A stretch of DNA of 64,000 nt from an uncultured Alphaproteobacteria bacterium (GTDB lineage Bacteria > Pseudomonadota > Alphaproteobacteria > Rhizobiales > Xanthobacteraceae): the NCBI GenBank assembly GCA_963767515.1, contig CAVYER010000006.1, positions 52,568 to 116,567 on the forward strand, in the 5' to 3' direction. The position numbers and the translations under genes are program-made. Below the pieces are notes generated by a model. That model did not search any database. It saw only the letters and a list, made by a program, of their open reading frames with translations, and was not told where the DNA came from. How positions within the stretch are numbered: the stretch's first letter is position 1; each line of letters starts with the position of its first letter. Below, in pieces: positions 50,828 through 64,000 of this stretch.

Positions 50828-51720
50828 TTCGGTGTCGCAACGAAAAGACCGGTGGGACGGAACAGAAGCGTGAGGATCAGCACGACGAACGAGACAATGA
50901 CCGCCTGCGACGGGTTCACCCAGATCGAGGCGTAGGATTCAAGCAGACTGATGAAGATCGCAGCGGCAATCGAGCCGCCAAGATTGCCCATCCCGCCGAC
51001 CACCACCACGATGAAGGCTTTGAGCACCCAATCAAGGCCCATGGTGTGGCTGACGCCGGCGAGCGGAGCGAACAAGACGCCGCTCGCCGCGGCGAGGCCC
51101 GCACCGATCGCAAACACGCCGGTGTAGACCCACGGCACGGGAATCCCCATGGCCTGCGCCATCACGCGGTCCTGGGTAGTCGCCCTGATCCAGATTCCGT
51201 ATTTGCCATGTTTGAGGAATAGCCAGAAGCCGCCGATGATGAGCGCAGAGAGAGCTGCGATCAAAATCCGGTACCAGGGATATTCGAGATAAAACAAATT
51301 GAAATGAGCGGTGATCGGCTCGCTGATTTTGCGCGACACCGGCCCGAACTGCCAAAGCACATAGTTCTGCAGGATCAGCGAAATGCCGAAGGTGGCAAGG
51401 ATCGTGGTCAGGGGATCGCGGCCGATCAGTGGCCGTAGGGTGACGATCTGCATGGCGGCGCCGAGGATCGCGACCACCAGCGCGGCGAGCACGAGCGCGA
51501 GCCAGAAACTTCCGGTCGCCGTCAGCACGATGACGCCGATATAGGCGCCGAGCATGAACAATTCGCCGTGCGCAAAATTCACCACGTCCATGATGCCGAA
51601 AATCAGCGTCAGGCCCGAAGCAACCAGCGCCAGGATCATGCCGGTGACGATGCCATTCATCGTCTGGATCACCAGCTGATCGTAGGGAAAGGATTGAAAG
51701 AAATGAACAACCGCGTCCAT
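50824..51720 (-). CDS. Liv-type ABC permease (LivH-like), second system
   Basis: GLTLIFG..DVVNFAHG, VVVGGMG, RPTGLF; start corrected to ATG 51720. Confidence 0.9.
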   Translation of the reverse strand: MDAVVHFFQSFPYDQLVIQTMNGIVTGMILALVASGLTLIFGIMDVVNFAHGELFMLGAYIGVIVLTATGSFWLALVLAALVVAILGAAMQIVTLRPLIGRDPLTTILATFGISLILQNYVLWQFGPVSRKISEPITAHFNLFYLEYPWYRILIAALSALIIGGFWLFLKHGKYGIWIRATTQDRVMAQAMGIPVPWVYTGVFAIGAGLAAASGVLFAPLAGVSHTMGLDWVLKAFIVVVVGGMGNLGGSIAAAIFISLLESYASIWVNPSQAVIVSFVVLILTLLFRPTGLFVATPK

Positions 51721-51748
51721 CGCTTTAGGCCCTGTTCCGAAATGATGA

Positions 51749-51845
51749 TTTACCCGCTCGTCCCCGCGAAAGCGGGGATCCAGGAGAAAAACATGCAGAG
51801 GCTGCGATCGCGGTCCTGGATTCCCGCTTGCGCGGGAATGAGCGG
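51749..51845. repeat. REP pair, family B, inside the operon
   Basis: ccgctcgtccccgcgaaagcggggatccag and ctggattcccgcttgcgcgggaatgagcgg. Confidence 0.9.
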
Positions 51846-51874
51846 TGTTTGGATCGACACAGAAAGAGCATCCC

Positions 51875-52612
51875 CTACACCCCCAAATATTGCTTGATGA
51901 CAGGGTCGTGCACATCAATTTCAGACGCGGCGCAGTGGTGGCGCACCTGGCCCTTTTCCATGATGTAGACGCGCTGGCTCGCCGCGAGCGTCAGCGGCAC
52001 GTTTTGTTCGACCAGCAGGATGGCGACGTCTTCCTTGTGCAAGATTTCGATGATGTTCTGGATCTGGGAGACCATGCGCGGCATCAAGCCTTCGGTCGGC
52101 TCGTCGAGCAGGATGATTTTGGGCTCCAGCATCATGGCGCGCGCGATCGCCAGCATTTGCTGCTCACCGCCGGAGAGCGTGCCGCCGGCCTGGTTGCGCC
52201 GCTCGGCCAGCACCGGAAAATAAGTGAAGACCTTGTCGAGCAGCGCGCGCTTTTTCTCATCCGTCACGCCATTGCGATCAAGGCCGGTACGCAGATTTTC
52301 CATCACGGTGAGCAGGCGAAAAATGCGCCGGTCTTCCGGCACATAGCCAATGCCAAGCCGCGCAAGCTTGTGCGACGGCATGTCGGTGATCGGATTGCCT
52401 TCGAGCATCACTTTGCCCTGGCTCGGGTGCACCAGGCCCATGATGGTCTTCAGGGTCGTCGATTTGCCGACGCCGTTGCGGCCGAGCAAGCCCACCACTT
52501 CGCCGGGCCCCACCGTAAGCGAGACGCCGTGCAGAATATGACTCTTGCCGTAATAGGTGTGGACGTCCTCGACCAGGACGAGTGGCGCACCGCTCGATGC
52601 CATCGCACTCAT
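51875..52612 (-). CDS. Liv-type ABC ATPase (LivF-like)
   Basis: GRNGVGKS, LSGGEQQM, LDEPTEGL. Confidence 0.92.
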   Translation of the reverse strand: MSAMASSGAPLVLVEDVHTYYGKSHILHGVSLTVGPGEVVGLLGRNGVGKSTTLKTIMGLVHPSQGKVMLEGNPITDMPSHKLARLGIGYVPEDRRIFRLLTVMENLRTGLDRNGVTDEKKRALLDKVFTYFPVLAERRNQAGGTLSGGEQQMLAIARAMMLEPKIILLDEPTEGLMPRMVSQIQNIIEILHKEDVAILLVEQNVPLTLAASQRVYIMEKGQVRHHCAASEIDVHDPVIKQYLGV

Positions 52613-53403
52613 GTCTTGAGATAAACCTCCAGCACTTTCGGGTTTTGCTGGATTTCCTCGGGCGTGCCTTCCGCCAGGATCGAGCCATAGTGCAGCACGG
52701 TGATGCGGTCGGCGAGCTCCATGACCACGTCCATGTCATGTTCGACGATCAGAATCGTGTGTTGTTTTGCGATCCGCTGCACCAAATGCATGGTTTCAGC
52801 GGTTTCGGCGGCACTCATGCCGGCGGTCGGCTCGTCGAGACACAGCAGCGCCGGTTCGGTGGCGAGTGCGATGCCGATCTCGAGATTGCGTTGCTCGCCG
52901 TGGGATAGATTGGCGGCCAATTCCTCGGCTTTGGACAGAAGCCCGACGGAATCGAGTGCTGCTTCCGCCTTCTCTCTGATGTCCCCGAAATCGCTGTGGT
53001 GCCGGACCATGTTCCATGCATGCCGGCGCGATTGCGCGGCGATGCGGGCATTTTCCAGCACCGTCGCGTTCGGCATGATGTTGGTGATCTGGTAGGAACG
53101 CGCGATGCCCTTCTGCGAGATCATATTGGGAGGAAGCCCGGTAATCTCCTCGCCATTGAATACGATCTGTCCCGAGGTCGGGCGCAACACTCCGGTAAGA
53201 CAATTGAAAAATGTGCTCTTGCCGGCGCCGTTCGGCCCGATGATGGCGCGGACTTCGTCGCGCTGAACCTCGAAATTGACCTGGGACAGCGCGGCCAGCC
53301 CGCCGAAACGGACGGTCAACAGTTCGGTCTTCAGGATCGGATCCGACGCGGCTCCCCGGCTGCTCGCCGGGGAGCCTCGATCGGTGACAGTTTGCACGCT
53401 CAC
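52609..53403 (-). CDS. Liv-type ABC ATPase (LivG-like)
   Basis: GPNGAGKS, LSHGEQR, LDEPTAGM, VEHDM. Confidence 0.92.
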   Translation of the reverse strand: MSVQTVTDRGSPASSRGAASDPILKTELLTVRFGGLAALSQVNFEVQRDEVRAIIGPNGAGKSTFFNCLTGVLRPTSGQIVFNGEEITGLPPNMISQKGIARSYQITNIMPNATVLENARIAAQSRRHAWNMVRHHSDFGDIREKAEAALDSVGLLSKAEELAANLSHGEQRNLEIGIALATEPALLCLDEPTAGMSAAETAETMHLVQRIAKQHTILIVEHDMDVVMELADRITVLHYGSILAEGTPEEIQQNPKVLEVYLKT

Positions 53404-54705
53404 TTACGTGGTAGCGAACTTACAGGCCGGCGGCACGACTGTCTTCTCGCCGGGAACGGTCTCGACGAGGTGATGCTTGCCGCCTTTGATCTCGAAGATG
53501 AACTGACGGATGAACGCCTGGTGGTCTTCCTTTCGGATGACGCCGCCACCTTGCGGGAAGTCATCGCCCTCCTTCATCACCAGACCTTCCAGAGCCTCGA
53601 TCAGTTTCATCGTATCCTGGCGGCCCTCGAACTTGGACTTCTCCATGCCGAGCTTGAGTGCGTTGACCGCTTCGTAGTTCGACTGCACGTAACGATCAGG
53701 CAGCGGGCCTGACGGATCGACCTTGGCAAGGCGCGTCTTGGCTTCGTCGAAGAACCTGTGGAGCGCCGGAGTATCGAGCGCGCCCTCGAACACCGGAATA
53801 TAGCGGTTGATGCCGACAAAGCCTTCGATCTTGTTGCCGAGCGCCGGCAGGTTGGTTGACTCAGCGATCGCGCCATCGCCCGCCCACTTGTACTTCTTGG
53901 TGAGGCCGAGATCGTAGGCCTGGTTGCCGATGGTGATGCCGTCTTTGCCGAAGAAAATGCCGAACAATCCGTCGAACTCACCCTGGATCTTCGACAGGAA
54001 CGGCGTCATGTCGGCAGTGCCCAGCGGAATGCCGGTGGTGCCCACGACTTCGCCGCCGAGCTTCTTGATCTCGGCCGCATAGGCATCGCGCGTTGATTGA
54101 CCCCAGGAGTAGTCGGCAAAGGCGATGTGCCACTTCTTGCCCATCTTGTTAACGAGATAGGGCGCGATCGCCACGGCCTGCGCTGGGGCGAACTCGTAGG
54201 TGCGGAAGCTGTAGCGGTTGCATTTCGTGGTGGTCAGCGTGGTGTCGAGACACACACTGATCATGTTGACGACTTTGTTTTCCTCGAATTGCGGCATGCA
54301 GGCGAGGCAGATGTTGGACAGGAAACCGCCGACGTGCACATCGACCTTGTCCTCGACCAGCAGTTTTTCAGTCTTGCGGCGCCCGACATCGGGTTTCGAT
54401 TCATCGTCCGCGATCACGACTTCAAGCGGCCGGCCATTGACGCCGCCTGCCTTGTTGATGCGGTCGATCGCCATTTGCAGGCCGACCACCGCTGTCTTGC
54501 CGCCCAGCGCGGCCGCGCCCGAGAGCGGTTGCAAGGAGCCGATCTTATATGGCGTCGCTGCGCCGAAGGCCGCGCGCCATGGCGCCGGCACCAGCATGAG
54601 CGTGCCGATCGCGCCGCCGCCCCACCCGACGACGCCGCGACGCGTCACCTTGCCGCTGTACCAAATGTCCTGCGCCCACTCCTCGTCTTTCCACTTCTCA
54701 GTCAT
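53404..54705 (-). CDS. Liv-type ABC substrate-binding protein, probable TAT substrate
   Basis: TRRG twin-arginine motif, KIG.LQPLSG, GGVNGRPL, ADYSWG; GGAGG RBS. Confidence 0.9.
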   Translation of the reverse strand: MTEKWKDEEWAQDIWYSGKVTRRGVVGWGGGAIGTLMLVPAPWRAAFGAATPYKIGSLQPLSGAAALGGKTAVVGLQMAIDRINKAGGVNGRPLEVVIADDESKPDVGRRKTEKLLVEDKVDVHVGGFLSNICLACMPQFEENKVVNMISVCLDTTLTTTKCNRYSFRTYEFAPAQAVAIAPYLVNKMGKKWHIAFADYSWGQSTRDAYAAEIKKLGGEVVGTTGIPLGTADMTPFLSKIQGEFDGLFGIFFGKDGITIGNQAYDLGLTKKYKWAGDGAIAESTNLPALGNKIEGFVGINRYIPVFEGALDTPALHRFFDEAKTRLAKVDPSGPLPDRYVQSNYEAVNALKLGMEKSKFEGRQDTMKLIEALEGLVMKEGDDFPQGGGVIRKEDHQAFIRQFIFEIKGGKHHLVETVPGEKTVVPPACKFATT

Positions 54706-55083
54706 CGCGTGTCCTCCCTATGGATCTCATATCGTCCCCTCAGCACCCGCGCAGATCCGCAGGCGCCGATGCAAAATGAAAGTCATTGGTCCGGAAACAA
54801 ACCTTGCCGCGCACAACCCGCAATGAGCGCGGCCGCATGAGCGGTCACTGCACGCTTCTGCCTGGCGGCGCGACGCGGCATTCCCATGTCCTCCCCTAGC
54901 GGCCTTTGGCAGGCTCTTTCTTACCGGGTAGCAAACGCGATCCGGCCCCAAGTTTCAACCGCAATCTGCATATGGATGCATGCCCACTTACATCGTCGTA
55001 TGCTGCCCGGGAAATAAGCACGCACGCTCGAATGCCGAGGCATCCGATGCTAGGCTTGCCGCGACAAAAGGTGGACCATACCA

Positions 55084-55896
55084 ATGGCCGTAACACCCCT
55101 GCGCCGAGACGAAAAACCCGCAGCCGGCAGCGGGCTGGCCGCCAGGCTTGCCATTCGCGCCGGACATCGTGCGCCGACGGCCGGACTCGCGCCCGGCTAT
55201 GTGCAGGGCAATCTGGCCATTCTGCCAAAAGCGCTTGCCGCTGATTTTTTGCGCTTCTGCCAACTCAATCCCAAACCATGCCCGGTGATCGGCACGTCAG
55301 AGCCGGGTGACTGGCGGGTGCCGGATCTCGGTGAAGATCTCGACATCCGCTCCGATCTGCCGCGCTATCGCGTCTGGAAAAATGGCGAGCTGATTGCCGA
55401 GCCGTACGATGTGCGCGAATTCTGGCGCGACGATCTGGTGAGTTTTGTGATCGGCTGTTCGTTTTCGTTCGAGGAAGCGCTGACGTCGGAAGGTATCGAG
55501 CTGCGACACATCGTGCGTGGCTGTAACGTTCCGATGTACCGCACCTCGATCGCCACGCACGCGGCCGGCCCGTTCCACGGTCCGATGGTAGTGTCGATGC
55601 GACCAATGACGCCGAAAGACGCGATCCGCGCCGTTCAGATCACGACGCGCTTTCCGGCGGTGCATGGCGCGCCGGTGCATATCGGCAAACCGGAACTGAT
55701 TGGCATCAAGGATATCATGAAGCCCGACTACGGCGACGCGGTCGAAGTGCGCGACGACGAGATGCCGGTGTTCTGGGCTTGCGGTGTCACGCCACAATCG
55801 GTGATCGCGACGGTGAAGCCGGAGTTCTGCATCACGCACTATCCCGGCAGCATGCTGGTGACGGATCGCAAGAATACCGAATTTGCGATTATGTAG
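55084..55896 (+). CDS. DUF1445 putative hydro-lyase / D-glutamate cyclase-like
   Basis: [38 protein letters not shown]. Confidence 0.88.
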   Translation: MAVTPLRRDEKPAAGSGLAARLAIRAGHRAPTAGLAPGYVQGNLAILPKALAADFLRFCQLNPKPCPVIGTSEPGDWRVPDLGEDLDIRSDLPRYRVWKNGELIAEPYDVREFWRDDLVSFVIGCSFSFEEALTSEGIELRHIVRGCNVPMYRTSIATHAAGPFHGPMVVSMRPMTPKDAIRAVQITTRFPAVHGAPVHIGKPELIGIKDIMKPDYGDAVEVRDDEMPVFWACGVTPQSVIATVKPEFCITHYPGSMLVTDRKNTEFAIM

Positions 55897-55950
55897 TTAT
55901 GCGGCTACTCACAAATCGAAATTGGGGACCGGCATTCGGCCATTTAATCA

Positions 55951-57045
55951 ATGTCCGCTTTGCCCCCGAAAGCGGACATCCGTGACCGCGAGGCCAATGT
56001 CCGTTAAGTGCCATTAACGTCCGATTTGCGTCCCGACGCACCGCAGCAAAGTTCGCTTCGCTATTCGATGAGGCCGGCGGCGGCGTACGCGATATGACAG
56101 AGATAGACCAAACCGGTGAGCATGCTTAATTGTCGCGGTGCTGGCCCGTGGGCGCAAATCCACTGAATGACGACTAGCTACGAGATAAGTGCAGCTGACA
56201 ATTCGCTCCGGGTCAGCAAAGGAAGAGATGCGACGCGAACGAGCCCAGCCGCTCGATTAATAGCCGCGTAGTGAGCTAGACTATGGTCGATGCTGAACGA
56301 GCCGGCTCTAACCTTCAATGCGTACCACTTAGGCGGGCCAGGACAGGGCTCACGAGAGGAACTCGATGAACACAGTCAAAGACGCTCTGGCCCATAAGAG
56401 TGGCGCCCTGATCCATGTTCGTTCCGGCGACATGGTCGTCGAAGCCTTGCGCCAGATGCGCGACAACCGGGTCCGGTCGGTGCTGGTCATCGACGACGAC
56501 GTACTGGTCGGTATCGTGACCCAGGGTGACTGCGCCATAAAAGTGCTGCTGCCCGGGCTCGATGCGAAGCAGACTCCGGTGGGCCAAGTGATGACGGGCG
56601 ACCCGGTGACGGTCAAGCCGGACGACCAACTGGAAGGCTGCATGGCAATGATGGCTGCGCGCGGCTTTCGCCATCTACCAGTGCTGGACGCGGGCAAGGT
56701 CGTGGGCGTGATCTCGATCGGAGACGTCGTCAAGGACATCATCCGAAATTTGGAGCACAACGTGGGCGACCTGATGGGCTACATCATGACGGACGGCCCC
56801 GGGGGCTGACAGACGAACCGCGGTGCTGTCGCCGGCGTCCGGGAGGGAAAACGGAGGGGCACCGTTAACGGGCCACCCTCGAGCTGCCGAGGAGACTGCA
56901 TCGTACCGGCTCAAGCAAATGTTTTGATAGAGCTGAGACTCGCTTAGCGCTGCAACATAAAACGCCGGACAATGTCCGCTTTGGGTCATAAGCGGACATG
57001 GCGGTAAGTTGGCGCGATGTCCGCTTTACCCCCGATAACGGACGT
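55951..57045. mobile_element. Putative non-autonomous gene cassette flanked by paired 11-(6/7)-11 dyad sites
   Basis: Dyads at 55951, 55997 (partial), 56972 and 57017; 17-bp gap within each pair; the CCCCCG-spacer dyad is directly repeated 1,066 bp apart. Confidence 0.6.
56366..56809 (+). CDS. Stand-alone tandem CBS-domain protein
   Basis: LVGIVTQGD, VGQVMT, FRHLPV, VVGVISIGDVVK; GAGAGG RBS. Confidence 0.92.
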   Translation: MNTVKDALAHKSGALIHVRSGDMVVEALRQMRDNRVRSVLVIDDDVLVGIVTQGDCAIKVLLPGLDAKQTPVGQVMTGDPVTVKPDDQLEGCMAMMAARGFRHLPVLDAGKVVGVISIGDVVKDIIRNLEHNVGDLMGYIMTDGPGG

Positions 57046-57062
57046 TCTTGTGCACCGACGCC

Positions 57063-58016
57063 CTAGGCGGCGTCGCGCGCCTTGCTGTCGAGCAAGCCCG
57101 CCTCGATCAATGCCTGACGGATGCGCGCAATTTCCGCGCGCTCGATCTTGACCAGCGGCGGACGCACCACCGCGCGCGGCAGCTTGCCGAGCAGCACCAG
57201 CGCTTCCTTCATGCGGTTGTGCATGTCCACGAAGGGATCGGCATAGAACACGCGCGCCATCGGCTCGATGCGCTCGTTGAGCCGCCTGGCTTCGGCGAGA
57301 TCATTGGTCTGAACAGCGCGGAACAGCCTCGCCTGCAAATCGGCGATCACGCTGCCCGACCCCGACAGCAGGCCATTGGGACCGAGCACCAGCGAAGCAA
57401 ACAGCCACGAACTATGCGTGGTGAGCACGTTCACCGGCCGCGGCAGATTTTGCAGCGTGCGGATATGCCATTCGTGATGCGGCACATTGCCGATCCAATC
57501 CTTGATGGCGCGGATTGACGGAACCTCTTCGCACATCTTGAGCAGCGTATCCTTCGGATAACCCTGACCGGTCGCGAGCGGATACTGGAATACGATCAGC
57601 GGCAGGTCGGTGGCGTCGGCGATGCGTTTGACATGCGCGAGCGCCATGGCGGGCGACTGGCCGAGCGTGAACGGGGCCGGCGGAAAAACGAGCAACGCCG
57701 AAGCCCCGCCCTGCTCCGCCATGCGCGCGATACGCGCGGCCTCAATGCTGCCGTCGGCCCAGATGCCGTTGACCAATGGCAGGCGGGCGCCGATCTCGTC
57801 CTGCGCGATGTCGAGAACGCGTCGCTGCTCATCGAAGGTGCAGGAGGCAACCTCGGTCGAATGGGCATTGATCGTGATGGCCGAGAGCCCTTCGGTCGCG
57901 CCCACATCGCGCAGATGCTTGCGAAAGTTCTGCTCGTCGATCGCGAGATCGTTGTCGAACGGCAAAAGCACCGCCGGAATGACGCCGTGCGGACTATAGG
58001 TTTTGTGCCGTGCCAT
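57063..58016 (-). CDS. DapA/NanA class I aldolase family protein
   Basis: GVIPAVLLPF, TDLPLIVFQY, AIKD Schiff-base Lys, VRPPL; GxxGE replaced by AHSTE. Confidence 0.88.
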   Translation of the reverse strand: MARHKTYSPHGVIPAVLLPFDNDLAIDEQNFRKHLRDVGATEGLSAITINAHSTEVASCTFDEQRRVLDIAQDEIGARLPLVNGIWADGSIEAARIARMAEQGGASALLVFPPAPFTLGQSPAMALAHVKRIADATDLPLIVFQYPLATGQGYPKDTLLKMCEEVPSIRAIKDWIGNVPHHEWHIRTLQNLPRPVNVLTTHSSWLFASLVLGPNGLLSGSGSVIADLQARLFRAVQTNDLAEARRLNERIEPMARVFYADPFVDMHNRMKEALVLLGKLPRAVVRPPLVKIERAEIARIRQALIEAGLLDSKARDAA

Positions 58017-58052
58017 CGCCCCTCTCCTGCTTCAGATCGCCGCTTTCAGGTT

Positions 58053-60053
58053 CTAACCGGTCGCGCGCGCCGGCCGGCGCCGTTCGCGGAACCAGGGGCG
58101 ATACTTCGTCATCTTTGCGCGCTGCGCCCCCGATGCAAGATGCTTGCAGGTTGATGCTTCGTCGGTCTTTTCCGATGCGCCCCATCGCAACTCGACGCAA
58201 TCGTTCAAATTATATGCCATCTCCAGAGCCCCCGCGCGGTCGAGCACGTCCTTGAGTGCAAGCGTCCAGGGAGACCCATCGGTGCGCGTATATGAGAACT
58301 TGCGGGCCGAAAGCTCCGACGCAAGAACGCTCTGCAATTCGGCCTTCACATCCGAGACGCTTTTGTCCTTCGGCATCGCATACCGATCAGGCCGTCGCGC
58401 GACACGATCAGGGAATCCACGCACCACATCGATCGCGATCAGCAGACGTAAATCACGCGCCGGCGTCGCGAAATCCTCCCAGGCGCCGGTCGTCTCGAAG
58501 ATCGCCGCGCCGTCCGGCATGCTCGCCTCGCCGCGCGCGCTGCTCAGGAATTTTCGGCCGTTTTCGACCGACGTGACGCGCGCCTTCACTTGCTCATCGA
58601 GCGCAGCAACCGCTTCCTTCATCGCACGCAAAGGATCGAGCGGCTCCGGCGACATCACGTCATCCATGCGGTCATAGAAATCTTCGACCCCAAGCTTGGC
58701 CTGCTCGAGCGAAAAATCGCCGTACTGCGGATTCTTCGCGATCTCGGCATTGGTCAGCCGACGCAGGCCGCCGTTTTGGTCCCGCACAATCGGCCGGAAG
58801 CGTTTGAATCCGGGGCCCCCGAGCGCAGGATCCTGCGCGAACAGGAAATTGCCGCGCCAGAAACGCTTGCGCGCGACCGTGCCGTCGGGCTGCGCATCGA
58901 CCGCGAAAATGACGCCTGCCGCGTCGCTGGTTTGTGCAATGCGCTTTGCGATCATCAACACATGCCCATAAGGATCGGCGTAGACGGTGCCCGGTCGCAG
59001 CGTCTCCTGCGTCAGCGATACGGGATAATAATCGGTGTTTTCATCGCCCAGCGGCGTGCGTGCCGACCCGGAATGCACCGCGTCGGCGACGGTCGACTGC
59101 ACAAAATGGCCGAACGACGCCGCGAGGCCCGCCGATTTCGGTGCGGCTCCGGTCGACGCGGTCTTTTGTTCGTTCGATGAAGAGCGCGCCGCTTCGAGAT
59201 TCTGCGTGCTGAACCACTGGAAGCACTTCGGTGGCTGGCCGCCACCGCCGCGCGAGCACTTCGCGTAGCCGAACGGCAAGCCCATCTTGAATGCGAAATA
59301 GGCGCGCAGGAAATACGGCAAGTCGGCGCAGTCAGGGCGAATGACAAGCCCCATCTGATCTTCGTTCAGGCCCAAATGGTTGAACAGGGCATTGCGCGAC
59401 TGATCACGCAGCACTTCGTGCAACGCCTTCCACGATAGCGTTGCGTCGAGCGGCGCATCAAAGAGTTTTTCGATCCATGCGGAGAACAGATTTTCCGTCG
59501 CGCGATTCCACGAATTGTGGATCGGCCAGACGCTTCCCGAAGTTGCTCCGGGCGATGGCGGCCTGTCATCGCGCACCGCAATCTCGCGCGTGATCGTGCC
59601 GCATCCGCCTGAAGCACCGGAAAGCGTGACGTGCCAGGCACCGGCGGCGGGCGCGGCAACCTCCGCGAACCAGAAATATGGCGGTCCGCCATGCCGTTCA
59701 CGCGACCGCACAGCAACGCGGCCGTCGGGCGCAATCAGCGAAAGTTCACCATCGAGGGGCTTCTCCGCCGTGAAGATCACGCGCAGCGGCGCGCCCTTCC
59801 ACGGCACGACCGGCGAAGGCAGGACCGCAATGCCGGCGGCGTCCGCGCAGGCGCCCGATGCGGTTTGGGCGCGCGCCTCCATGCCGGAAAAAAGCGGGAC
59901 GAAAAATACGCCCGCAATCAGCAGCGAGGCAGTCACAGCAGCGGGACGTCGGTGCGTTCGAAGCAAGTGAGCCCTCCCCAATGGCCGCCCCCTGGCCGCA
60001 ATTCCACAATATTGCGAAGGCTTTGGCTGAATCGTGGCGGAATCCACCGCCAA
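58053..60053 (-). CDS. Large exported hypothetical protein with a possible NlpC/P60-like Cys-His-Asp core
   Basis: 666-aa ORF, hydrophobic N-terminal segment, PDCAD, RPGTVYADPYGHVL, AVDAQPDG; true start probably downstream of 60053. Confidence 0.7.
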   Translation of the reverse strand: MAVDSATIQPKPSQYCGIAARGRPLGRAHLLRTHRRPAAVTASLLIAGVFFVPLFSGMEARAQTASGACADAAGIAVLPSPVVPWKGAPLRVIFTAEKPLDGELSLIAPDGRVAVRSRERHGGPPYFWFAEVAAPAAGAWHVTLSGASGGCGTITREIAVRDDRPPSPGATSGSVWPIHNSWNRATENLFSAWIEKLFDAPLDATLSWKALHEVLRDQSRNALFNHLGLNEDQMGLVIRPDCADLPYFLRAYFAFKMGLPFGYAKCSRGGGGQPPKCFQWFSTQNLEAARSSSNEQKTASTGAAPKSAGLAASFGHFVQSTVADAVHSGSARTPLGDENTDYYPVSLTQETLRPGTVYADPYGHVLMIAKRIAQTSDAAGVIFAVDAQPDGTVARKRFWRGNFLFAQDPALGGPGFKRFRPIVRDQNGGLRRLTNAEIAKNPQYGDFSLEQAKLGVEDFYDRMDDVMSPEPLDPLRAMKEAVAALDEQVKARVTSVENGRKFLSSARGEASMPDGAAIFETTGAWEDFATPARDLRLLIAIDVVRGFPDRVARRPDRYAMPKDKSVSDVKAELQSVLASELSARKFSYTRTDGSPWTLALKDVLDRAGALEMAYNLNDCVELRWGASEKTDEASTCKHLASGAQRAKMTKYRPWFRERRRPARATG

Positions 60054-60596
60054 GGCCGGATTTCAGGATACCGCATTAGCTGGATTCAGTCAGCGGGTGC
60101 GCGCCGCGACGATGCGAACGGCCGGGCGTCGTCAAAGGATCGCAGGACCGCTAATCCCAGCGGTTATCCGGGGGCCGGATCACCGCCGACACTATTTTCC
60201 CCCTGGCGCTGCACATCGGCGGAAGCAGGCAATCAGGAGAATGTCGGGCGCGCCATTATGTATTTTTTTGCTTTACCCGCGTTTCTCGCCGACGCCCTCC
60301 GCTTCGATTTTTCCAACAAATTCAATCGTATGGGCCAGATCAGCCGCCGGTACAAAGACACCCCGCCCGCGGAACTTTCTTTTAATTAGCGGATTTAATT
60401 GCTGGCGGGCGCTCCAGCATGACTAGCTGGCGCGGGCGGGAGGGTCAGGTCTCTGCCCTACATAAGATGAAGAACGATCATGGCATTGCGGCTGCGGTAC
60501 CTGCGGTGGCTGGCCATGTCGTTCGAACCTTATCGCCTCGTCGTCTCCGGCGCGTGCAGGCGCGTCGGATGAATGCGCGCTATTCGGGAGGGGTTA

Positions 60597-64000
<3,404 letters not shown>

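Noticed and set aside
51721-51918. N-terminal extension of the second livH
   Set aside because: Translates a REP pair (LDPRFRGDER) and overlaps livF.
55951-57045. Dyads as CRISPR repeats, integron attC sites or IS terminal inverted repeats
   Set aside because: Only two pairs with 17-nt gaps; no RYYYAAC/GTTRRRY ends; no transposase or obvious target duplication; the outer sites are direct repeats.
57063-58016. Calling this gene dapA
   Set aside because: The GTTGE motif is replaced by AHSTE, so only family-level assignment is supported.
60382-60398. TTAA...TTAA as a CtrA box
   Set aside because: The spacer is 9 nt, not the required 7.
60481-60496. TGGCATTGCGGCTGC as a sigma-54 promoter for the HAMP gene
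   Set aside because: GG-N10-GC spacing fits, but the -12 element is CTGC and such matches are common at this GC content.

Overview
GC-rich alphaproteobacterial chromosome segment. Gene content and repeats suggest Hyphomicrobiales, probably Xanthobacteraceae-like (inference). It is mostly housekeeping and catabolic: sodB, uup, folP-folB-folK, heterodimeric methylmalonyl-CoA mutase with meaB, an arsS-type radical SAM gene with two glycosyltransferases, two Liv-type ABC transporters, hpaH-hpaI, scoAB, three orphan Bug/TctC binding proteins with small catabolic operons, and a poly-HAMP sensor that runs off the 3' end and is absent from the ORF track. No rRNA, tRNA, CRISPR, transposase or integrase was recognised. 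The most unusual signals are largely non-coding. (1) A 1,066-bp CBS-protein cassette is bounded by paired 11-(6/7)-11 dyads with identical 17-bp spacing, arranged like attL/attR of a non-autonomous site-specific recombination system. (2) A ~550-nt, heavily nested inverted-repeat element (45555-46100) looks like a large structured RNA or repeat. (3) A ~40-nt hairpin module with a compensatory base change sits inside the loops of two different REP families. (4) An in-frame TGA lies at codon 12 of arsS, upstream of its CxxxCxxC motif. All family assignments come from motif recognition, not database searches.
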